Shown one piece after another: positions 41,092 to 49,152 of a DNA stretch of 64,000 nt. Position numbers and translations under genes: made by a program. Below the pieces are notes generated by a model that saw only the letters and a list, made by a program, of their open reading frames with translations, did not search any database and was not told the DNA's origin. The DNA comes from Fibrobacteria bacterium (GTDB lineage: Bacteria; Fibrobacterota; Fibrobacteria; UBA11236), in NCBI GenBank assembly GCA_043745805.1, contig JAYTSD010000043.1:64001-128000 (forward strand), read 5' to 3'. Each line of letters begins with the position of its first letter. Positions within the stretch are counted from its first letter, which is position 1.

Positions 41092-43200
41092 ATGAATTCC
41101 AAGTTTCTTTTATTATTTACACTAGCCACATGCCTTATGAGCCTGGCCCATGGATCGGCAACGGTTGAGATGCCATCTCATATCGTTGGATCCGTTGTGA
41201 ACGTAAACGGAAAGCCGGTTTCGGGCATAGTGGTGCAACTCAAGAATAAGGGTATCACGGCCGTTACGGATGCTTCTGGAAATTACCAGCTGAATATCTT
41301 TGACTCGGGAAATAAGATCGTCTCCGAGGATTTCTTCAATGTGGAAGGCCCAAGATTTGCCTTTCATGTGCTAACCCTGCATGCCCATGTCAAGATTACC
41401 GTTTTCGATTTCGCGGGTCATGAACTTGAACAGGTCCTCGATGAGAACTTGGCGCGCGGACTTTATGGACTCTCGCCCTTGGCGGGCTTACGGCATTCAT
41501 TGAAGGCAGGCATTTATGGCGTACGCTTAGAAATTGGTGAACGTTCCTATTACCATCGAATCCCGTATATTGGCAAAAAGCTCGGTCGTATCGGTGTAAG
41601 ATTCGTTCCCTTGTCTTTAGAAAGTATTGCGAAGGTGGCCGCTACGGAGGTTGATACCCTCGTGATTTTCAAACTCGGCTATCGCACCGTTCGACAACCA
41701 GTCCTTTTGGAGGAAGATAGCCTTCCCGGTATGGTACTTATCCCAGATAGCCTGACCTCCTGGCGTAGCGATGATCGAGCCTATCTCAAAGCTATTGACC
41801 CAAGCGTTACCATTACCCCTTTACTTACGGTAGGGGAAAGCGTCCCCCTAACAGGCAACCCGTTGCAGGCCTTTCGTATGGGCGGCTTTCCCGCTGGATT
41901 GGGATTGACTCCCAGTGACAGTATGACCGCGCGCTTATTCATGTCTCATGACATCAACTCCAAAAATTTGTCCGATGCCTTCATCACCGGCCCTGCTCGC
42001 CGCGGGGCTTATGTGTCGGAATACCTGTTGGACAAGGCGACGGGCCGAGTCCTTTCGGGACGGTACGCTTTCGAAAGCGCTTACAAGATATCGGATATTA
42101 GCCCTACTCCTGGTTTCTTTAGCGGATTCGGTTCCGGTTTCCTAGCGGGAGCAGCCGAAGGAATATCTACTCCCTTTTACTTGACCTCCGAAGCCTCCAC
42201 TGACTCACTCGCCTTTTCGCCATTGGGACCGCAGCCGGTGGCTATTGTGGGCGAGCGAGCGCAAATCCTGCCCGATTTTGGTAAGCTGTCTTTCAGCGAT
42301 ATCGTAGTAGTTCCTAACGAGGATTCCATGCGCACGGTGACCTTTTTATTAGGGAAAGGGCCAGCTAATGCCGGTCAGCTCTACCTTTATGTAGGCCGTA
42401 AACTTCGCGATTTGAGAACGCCAGATCCAATTTATGAAAACGGCCTTGCCGGAGGGAAACTTTATGTTTTTGCTGCTCAGAGTAAGCACGATGAGGCGGG
42501 ATTTACTAGGGGAGCTTTGGAGGGGCATTGGGTAGATCCACTCAAGAACCGGCCCGATGCGCCTACCTCATTGACATCCATTTCCGCAGCTACTTTGCAG
42601 GCTTGGTGCGCTGTGAGCGCCGACGGCAAGGATAAAGCCTTCCGCTTCGATCATATTGAAAACGGAACCTACGATCCAAGTTCAAAGGGAGTCTTTTACT
42701 TTGCAACCGCAGGGGATCCCGGTGGGTCTCGCAATCGCTTCGGGCGTATATACAAATTGACCTACGACTCGGTGAATCCCGCGGATGGTTATGGACCTCG
42801 CTTGGAGATTCTTGCCTCGGGCGACCCTACCTCTGGATTTGCGAACCCAGGGGACATTCGTATAGGATCAACAAGAAAGATGATGATATGCGAAAAACCC
42901 TTATTGGAATCGGCTCGGATTCCCGCCGTTTGGATGCTGGATTTGGAAACAAAAGGCCTCCGCAAGCTGGCCGAGATGGATCCGTATGCAGTGCCGATAG
43001 CATCAAGGCCAGATTCAAAAACGCAATGGGAAGCGACCGGAATAATCGATGCCTCGGCCCAGTTGGGTGCAGGCGAATGGCTTTTGAATGTCCAAGCCCA
43101 TAGTGTTGGAAGCGAGTCGGCAGCAGAGATGCAAGACTCGCCAAAGTCTACGAGACTTATTCAAGGCGGGCAATTGCTATTATTGCATACAGCGCCTTAA
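41092..43200 (+). CDS. PhoX-like (DUF839-type) beta-propeller protein, apparently catalytically degenerate, with N-terminal carboxypeptidase-like/CTD module
   Basis: TPLLTVGESVP, GQLYLYVGRK, NGLAGGKLYVF, WEATGIIDAS, WLLNVQAH, GGQLLLL match the family scaffold as I recall it; probable ATG at 41092. Confidence 0.7.
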   Translation: MNSKFLLLFTLATCLMSLAHGSATVEMPSHIVGSVVNVNGKPVSGIVVQLKNKGITAVTDASGNYQLNIFDSGNKIVSEDFFNVEGPRFAFHVLTLHAHVKITVFDFAGHELEQVLDENLARGLYGLSPLAGLRHSLKAGIYGVRLEIGERSYYHRIPYIGKKLGRIGVRFVPLSLESIAKVAATEVDTLVIFKLGYRTVRQPVLLEEDSLPGMVLIPDSLTSWRSDDRAYLKAIDPSVTITPLLTVGESVPLTGNPLQAFRMGGFPAGLGLTPSDSMTARLFMSHDINSKNLSDAFITGPARRGAYVSEYLLDKATGRVLSGRYAFESAYKISDISPTPGFFSGFGSGFLAGAAEGISTPFYLTSEASTDSLAFSPLGPQPVAIVGERAQILPDFGKLSFSDIVVVPNEDSMRTVTFLLGKGPANAGQLYLYVGRKLRDLRTPDPIYENGLAGGKLYVFAAQSKHDEAGFTRGALEGHWVDPLKNRPDAPTSLTSISAATLQAWCAVSADGKDKAFRFDHIENGTYDPSSKGVFYFATAGDPGGSRNRFGRIYKLTYDSVNPADGYGPRLEILASGDPTSGFANPGDIRIGSTRKMMICEKPLLESARIPAVWMLDLETKGLRKLAEMDPYAVPIASRPDSKTQWEATGIIDASAQLGAGEWLLNVQAHSVGSESAAEMQDSPKSTRLIQGGQLLLLHTAP

Positions 43201-43409
43201 TCCTTCCTAGAGCATATCCAAAACAAAGCCTCATTTTTGATCCTCGCTATTGAGTGCAACATATTTCTTTCATAAAGATCGGGCACTGTGCAAGCCCTTT
43301 ATTTTTTTCTGAATTCAAAATTAAATCCAGATGAAATATTGATCCTATAAATTTCAATCAGGAATTTTTAACCCCTGATCTTTTGGATCGTATCAACTAA
43401 GGAAAAATA

Positions 43410-44612
43410 ATGAATCATTACGGAAACAATTTCAAACCAAAGTCGGCAGCTATAGTGTTGATCGCGGGCCTTGCCTGCTTTTCCACTCTTAAAGCTGGAG
43501 AAATAATAGACCCCATTACCGATGAATGCCAAGGTTGCCTATTTTCCTTTTCTACCGTCGGCGACTCCCGCCAAGATCCAATTGCTCCCGATTCCACTCT
43601 GATGCCCTTATCCGGTCAAGACTCAATATGGCTGCAAAACACAAAGGCATGGTTTCGGATTGAAAAATCTATCTCAGAGCAAAAATCGAAAATGCTGTTT
43701 TTCAATGGCGACATGATTATGGGCTATGGCAATGCCATAGTACCAGCTAACAATACCACCGTGGCAGGCATTGTTGGATCGGACCTGATGGCGTTCTATA
43801 AGCAATATGCTTTTTGGCGCGGTATGGTTGCACCTTTGATGGAAACAGGAACCTACGTGATACCCGTAGCAGGAAATCATGAGACCCAATGGAAGGCAGG
43901 CGGTAAAAAAGCCCAGGTCGCAAATGAAAACGCTTGGCGTGACAATATGGGAGATTTGATCTCCAACAATAGCAAGCTCAGGGAAATCCTAGGAGCTTCT
44001 GCCGTTACTTCCCCCGCCATCGGCGATGAAAGAAATGCCCTCGACTCTCTTACATCTGATCAAAGTAAACTAACCTATAGCTTTGATTATATGGGATCGC
44101 ATTTCGCAGTCATCAATACCGATCCGGTGGGAAAAGATGCCCATGCACCGACTCAATGGCTCACAGCTGATTTGTCTGCGGCCAAGGCCCGTGGCGCCAA
44201 ACATATTTTTGTATTCGGCCACAAGCCAGCCTACACTTATTTTTATGGTTCTGTGATTCCGGCGCTTCCAGCATTGCCGCTGCCCGGTAAAGCCGCAGGA
44301 TTAGACGTAGATATCGCCGCCCGCAATGCTTTTTGGGACGTGATCGAGTTTTTCGGCGCGACCTATTTTTGTGGACATGAACATGTCTTTAACATGATGC
44401 AACCCCGTGGCGGAGCTTGGCAAATCATGGTTGGCTCTGGCGGATCTCCTTTTGAAGCATCCCCTCATACGCCAACCATTAGCCCTACTGATCGCGATTA
44501 TGCTTGGGCTACGGTCAAAGTTGATTCTGCCGACCATGTCCAACTCAAAGCCTTTGGTTTCGACGACCATGGTGGACCAACAATGTTGTTACAAACCATC
44601 ACGTTACCCTAA
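43410..44612 (+). CDS. secreted calcineurin-like metallophosphoesterase
   Basis: GDSR, NGDM, GNHE, GHKP, GHEH metal-binding motifs; signal peptide; AAGGA SD. Confidence 0.88.
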   Translation: MNHYGNNFKPKSAAIVLIAGLACFSTLKAGEIIDPITDECQGCLFSFSTVGDSRQDPIAPDSTLMPLSGQDSIWLQNTKAWFRIEKSISEQKSKMLFFNGDMIMGYGNAIVPANNTTVAGIVGSDLMAFYKQYAFWRGMVAPLMETGTYVIPVAGNHETQWKAGGKKAQVANENAWRDNMGDLISNNSKLREILGASAVTSPAIGDERNALDSLTSDQSKLTYSFDYMGSHFAVINTDPVGKDAHAPTQWLTADLSAAKARGAKHIFVFGHKPAYTYFYGSVIPALPALPLPGKAAGLDVDIAARNAFWDVIEFFGATYFCGHEHVFNMMQPRGGAWQIMVGSGGSPFEASPHTPTISPTDRDYAWATVKVDSADHVQLKAFGFDDHGGPTMLLQTITLP

Positions 44613-44628
44613 GCTATTATCAGCAAGC

Positions 44629-44669
44629 AGTTGTAGTTTCCATTCGCGAAGCTACAACTTTAAATTTTT
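44629..44669. terminator. hairpin between convergent genes, probable terminator
   Basis: AGTTGTAGTTTC-7 nt-GAAGCTACAACT followed by an AT/T-rich tract. Confidence 0.6.
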
Positions 44670-44732
44670 CGAGAGCTAATTTCCATTTCTAGAAATTTTA
44701 ATAAATTTACTAAACAGCAAAGAAATTAAATA

Positions 44733-46115
44733 TTACAACGATTTCAAAAATCCCAACAAAGCCTGGCGGTCCTTTAATTTCAAAGCCTGAAAATCAATTC
44801 TCGATTTTGTCGCTTCACCACCATGCCAGAGTATAGCCTCGGTGAAGTTGTTGGCGCGGCCATCATGCAAAAACTGCGTATGCCCGTTCACTACTTCCGT
44901 TAAGCCAATACCCCAAAGTGGAGGGGTTCTCCATTCGTTGCCATTGGCCAGAAAGTCCGGACGATTATCCGACAAGGCATCGCCCATATCATGCAAAAGC
45001 AAATCGGTATAGGGATTAATAATTTGTTGTGATAATTCGGGATGCTGATCGAAATTTCCAGTTTTTAATTCCTGAATATGACATTCATTACATTGTAATT
45101 GGCGGAATATTTTTTCACCGGCTTGCACTTGGGCATCATTAACATTGCGTCGTGCGGGTACCGCCAAGGTACGTACATAGAATGTGACGGCAGCTACCGT
45201 AACGCTGTCTACTTCAGGTATAACATTGCCGCAACCTTTTTGGCTTTGTCCAAAGCAGGTTTCCTGAGGAAAAATCCAAGAGGTGACGCCCATATCATTA
45301 TTATAAGCCGCTGCACATTGCTGTAATAAATTAGGGGTATTGGATTTTAAGCCAAAGCGCCCTAAAGTTTTTTTTCCTGTTAATACATTGATTACATAAT
45401 TGGGTCGGCCCGATATACCATCATTATCCTTATCTGATTCATCCGCTAAAGCCACTATCGAGGCTTCGTCCAAGGCTTCCAAAAGTCCCAAACCAAAAAC
45501 TGGAGGCGCAATGCGCGGAGAAAGCAAGGCAGGGGCACTTAAGGACATATAAAGATCATTTAATTGATAATTGGGTACCTTTAAGGTTACCGTTTCCCCG
45601 TCGGCTAAATGTACCAAGCTATCATAATAGGTAATGATCACTTGTCCTTCGGGATTTTCTCCGAATATGGCGCGTGGTTGCAATTGGGTTCCATAATTAT
45701 CCATGGTCAAAGGACCACCGTTAACATCAGTTCCCGCTTTACTAATACGGAAAAGCATCGAGCTTAAAAGTTCGCCCGCTTCGGGAGGACGGCCGCGCCC
45801 ATCCTTCGAATGGCAAGCAGAGCAAGAGGTATTATTAAATACCGGCCCTAAGCCGGCATTATTGGCTGCCGGAGCAGTTACGAATTTCGCTTCAAAGGCG
45901 GCATCGCCTGTGGCATGTTCATCCAGTTGAGAAGCAGAAAGATTAGGGGCTGGCGAAGAAAAAGCTTTGCTGCTAGCATCTCTTAAAGTTGTAGAGCCTC
46001 CTGGCAAATTAACCACGGTGTTATCCGAGTCATGGTCGGTGGTTTGACAGGCGGTTAAGAGTAAAAATGCACTTGCCATGGAAAGGGCAAAGAGTTTTTT
46101 ATTTAAGAGAGGCAT
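44733..46115 (-). CDS. di-haem oxidoreductase-family (DHOR) lipoprotein
   Basis: Two haem motifs CSACH and CNECH; GLGPVFN, PYTDLLLHDMG, WRTPPLWG, LHDGRA; lipobox LTAC. Confidence 0.92.
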   Translation of the reverse strand: MPLLNKKLFALSMASAFLLLTACQTTDHDSDNTVVNLPGGSTTLRDASSKAFSSPAPNLSASQLDEHATGDAAFEAKFVTAPAANNAGLGPVFNNTSCSACHSKDGRGRPPEAGELLSSMLFRISKAGTDVNGGPLTMDNYGTQLQPRAIFGENPEGQVIITYYDSLVHLADGETVTLKVPNYQLNDLYMSLSAPALLSPRIAPPVFGLGLLEALDEASIVALADESDKDNDGISGRPNYVINVLTGKKTLGRFGLKSNTPNLLQQCAAAYNNDMGVTSWIFPQETCFGQSQKGCGNVIPEVDSVTVAAVTFYVRTLAVPARRNVNDAQVQAGEKIFRQLQCNECHIQELKTGNFDQHPELSQQIINPYTDLLLHDMGDALSDNRPDFLANGNEWRTPPLWGIGLTEVVNGHTQFLHDGRANNFTEAILWHGGEATKSRIDFQALKLKDRQALLGFLKSL

Positions 46116-46153
46116 ACTAAAAAGCTTTCTGTATCAAGCAGGCGATAAAAGGA

Positions 46154-47257
46154 TTATTGTGTTATTAATGGTTTAATATCTTCTTCCAAAGTTTTTTGCA
46201 TTTTTTGAATAGCGATTTGGGCAGTAGCAACTTTTTCTTTATTTTTAGCAATAGCATCGCCGAAGGTGGGGATCATTTCTCCAATAGCTGTAATAGCCGC
46301 TGCAATTTCATTTTCTAAACGAGTGGCTAAAGTGGGGTTAAGTGCTTTTACGAATTCACGAATACCTTTATTGGTGGTGCCAGCAGCATATTTCCCTAAA
46401 TACACATTTTGAATACTACGAATATTATCTTGAAAATCAGCATTAGAATTATCGCTGAATTGTGATTCTTCCAAGCTTCTATCTTCTGCTGTAAAAGGAC
46501 CATTGATTTTACCATTGGCGACTTCATCACTAATGCCAATCATGCCATTCACTAATTCTTGCAAGGCGGCATTTTTACTAATATAAACACTACCTTCTAA
46601 ACCAGCCTTTTTAAAATTAGCGATGTAATTTCCATCAGTAGGTGACCACGCTTGTATAAGCTGTTGTGTGGCCGCTTGGAAACTGGCGGTTACGGCGTTG
46701 AGGTATTCAAACTCACGCACAGTAAAAGATTCTAAGGTTTTCGTGTTACCCTGACCAAAGAGTAAATATTCAATAGTGTGAAATCCTTTTTGTGTGCCTT
46801 CTAAGTTATCTACGAAACTTTGATTGAGCGTATTACCACTGGTCAACACTCCCTCCAAATCTGCTTTATTCAGAGGCCAGCTATCAATTGAAGGATCAAT
46901 GCCTTTGCTTTCCACAGGTCCAAAAATAAAAGCTTCGCTTTGTTCCCAAGGGCGACGGGCATTACGCCAGGCTTGTTTGGCTGCCGCTAAATGATCCATC
47001 GTTTTATGGTCTTTAAAATTTTTAATAGCAAAAGCCAAGCTATCGGCTTTTTGTCCCAGATCAACATAAGTGCCATAAATCACCGTGGTGGATACGGCAT
47101 CTAAAATCTCGCTAATCCCTTTCTCGCTAGAAAAAGAAATAGTCGGAGAGTCTTCATTACATCCCGCTTGCATGCCCGCCATACCTAGGGATAATAAACT
47201 TAAACCTATACAATAATGTTGGTGATGGTTTTTTATCTGACCTTTTTTAAATAACAT
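46154..47257 (-). CDS. imelysin (peptidase M75 / IrpA-like) iron-regulated lipoprotein
   Basis: WEQSEAFIFGP, IDSWP, GFHTIEYLL (HxxE), ESQFSDNS. Confidence 0.9.
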   Translation of the reverse strand: MLFKKGQIKNHHQHYCIGLSLLSLGMAGMQAGCNEDSPTISFSSEKGISEILDAVSTTVIYGTYVDLGQKADSLAFAIKNFKDHKTMDHLAAAKQAWRNARRPWEQSEAFIFGPVESKGIDPSIDSWPLNKADLEGVLTSGNTLNQSFVDNLEGTQKGFHTIEYLLFGQGNTKTLESFTVREFEYLNAVTASFQAATQQLIQAWSPTDGNYIANFKKAGLEGSVYISKNAALQELVNGMIGISDEVANGKINGPFTAEDRSLEESQFSDNSNADFQDNIRSIQNVYLGKYAAGTTNKGIREFVKALNPTLATRLENEIAAAITAIGEMIPTFGDAIAKNKEKVATAQIAIQKMQKTLEEDIKPLITQ

Positions 47258-47299
47258 ACTTTCTCCGATTTAATAAAAATTTTCTCGTCATTTCACGAT

Positions 47300-48577
47300 T
47301 TAAAACACTAAGCCTAGTCCCAAGGAATAAGTATTTTCTTGATTATTAGTGGCTAATCCTAACGTGCGATAGGAAAGTTGCCCTTTTAAAATGACTTGGG
47401 GATGGGGTTTATAATTTACCCCAGTGGTCCAGGTTTCTTTCCCCCAACGTGGATTGTTAAAATACTCTTCAGGCATTTCGCGCATGGTGTCGTATCTATC
47501 ACAACGTGCAAAAATATCCAAGCTCTGTTTGGGAAATGTATTTTGTAATTCCATTTTCGTACGTAGTAATACAAAAACATCCACACCGACTTCTGCAAAC
47601 CAACCTAAGGCAGTTTTACCTACGGGTGTACGCTTAACCGCCAAGTTACTTGAGAGATTTTTATTAGCCAAAGAAACCGAGGCAGCATTTTGTAAAATCC
47701 CATATAAAAGCAAAGCTCTTGCTTTAAAAGGCCCTTGTTTATAATCCGCATGCATATCTAATACGGTAACATACGCAGGAATTGGTAAATCGGGCTTAGG
47801 CCGATTGCCGGCACTATTGCCATAATAGCCCGCAATGCCGAAAGTACTTTGGGGAAATAAATCACAATCTAAACGTCCTGCAAGGGCTAAGTTTTCCGCA
47901 TTCACAGTTTCAAAACGCCCTTGATGTCCGCGTGATATCCATGTGGAAGAGCTGAAGCCCGTGGCGTCCAATCCATTAATCACTTGTACTTGATAGAATA
48001 AAGCGCCAAGCTCTCCGAATATTTCAATGCCGGTTTCATGCCATAGCAAAGGGATGAGTTGACTTTCCATTTCCGATCTTTGCACCGTAAAATAATCTAC
48101 AGGCTCATCTAGAGTATAAGCCCAACCTATGGGTAAAAAGAAATGTCCCAAGCGAATATTAAAATTTGGATGCAAAGAGAAAACTATACAAAGTTCTTCG
48201 AGGGTAACTTCGCCGCCTTTTTCAACTTCGCTTTCATATTCGCCAAATTCTTCTAGCTTATCGAATTCCATGGTTGCGCCAGTGCCACCATGTTCAAATT
48301 CTATTTCTGCTTCAAAGCGAATTTTATTAGTGAGTATATACGTGGGTTCAATTGCAAGTCTTTCCAAATCCATTTGCGCTCGGCGTGTAGGATCGGTTTG
48401 CCAATTAAAAGTTTGGTAGTTAATAGTTCCGTAACCATGTAAAAAGAATTGATTTTTGTTTGACGAATTAGGAGTGGGTTCAACAGCGTAAATACATAGG
48501 GTTAGAGGAAACAATAAATAATATAAAGTGAATATTAGTGTGAGATGACATTTTTCAAATAGCATTTCCTTCCTCAT
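47300..48577 (-). CDS. outer-membrane beta-barrel / porin-like protein of the imelysin-DHOR iron locus
   Basis: EIEFEHG, IPLLWHETG, alternating beta-strand pattern, C-terminal Phe. Confidence 0.8.
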   Translation of the reverse strand: MRKEMLFEKCHLTLIFTLYYLLFPLTLCIYAVEPTPNSSNKNQFFLHGYGTINYQTFNWQTDPTRRAQMDLERLAIEPTYILTNKIRFEAEIEFEHGGTGATMEFDKLEEFGEYESEVEKGGEVTLEELCIVFSLHPNFNIRLGHFFLPIGWAYTLDEPVDYFTVQRSEMESQLIPLLWHETGIEIFGELGALFYQVQVINGLDATGFSSSTWISRGHQGRFETVNAENLALAGRLDCDLFPQSTFGIAGYYGNSAGNRPKPDLPIPAYVTVLDMHADYKQGPFKARALLLYGILQNAASVSLANKNLSSNLAVKRTPVGKTALGWFAEVGVDVFVLLRTKMELQNTFPKQSLDIFARCDRYDTMREMPEEYFNNPRWGKETWTTGVNYKPHPQVILKGQLSYRTLGLATNNQENTYSLGLGLVF

Positions 48578-48606
48578 CCTTGCTTTCCGGCTAAAATTAA
48601 TCTAAT

Positions 48607-48625
48607 ATTAAGACTGAGTCTCAAT
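48607..48625. promoter_or_regulatory. Fur-like 9-1-9 operator
   Basis: ATTAAGACT-G-AGTCTCAAT (8/9 inverted repeat), 30 bp upstream of the iron operon start codon. Confidence 0.65.
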
Positions 48626-49152
48626 CTTTTAAAAGGATAATAAGGATTGTAAGGCTCGGCAAGGAAATAAGGGATCCATTCCTAAACCTTTGTTCGCAAT
48701 GTTTGCAAAAGTTGAGTTTCAGAGGGTTTATGGTAAAAAGCAAATGAATTCGTGAGTGATGAAGAGGCTAATGATACTCCTACTTCAAAAAATCCTTCGC
48801 ATCCACAAACTACACCTCTCGAATTAGAAAAACAAAACAGGCTTATTGAAATACTTCAGAAATACAAAAAAATTTAATTCCGATTGATTATTGTTAAACA
48901 TTATGATTTACCCAGCTTTATTATAAGCACACTATAGAGATGTGCTGAACCTATAAATTCACTCATATTTAGAGTTATATATTAGGGTTTTATTTTAGAA
49001 GATTAGTTTTGATTTTATTTATTTTAGATTAGATCTGGGAATTTGAGTTTATTTATTTTATTTAATGGTTAGAAGTTTGCTCAATTTCTAGTTGTGCTTC
49101 TTTTGTTCTGCTATTTCCTATTGCCTTTGGATCAAATTTTAGGAGAGATACC

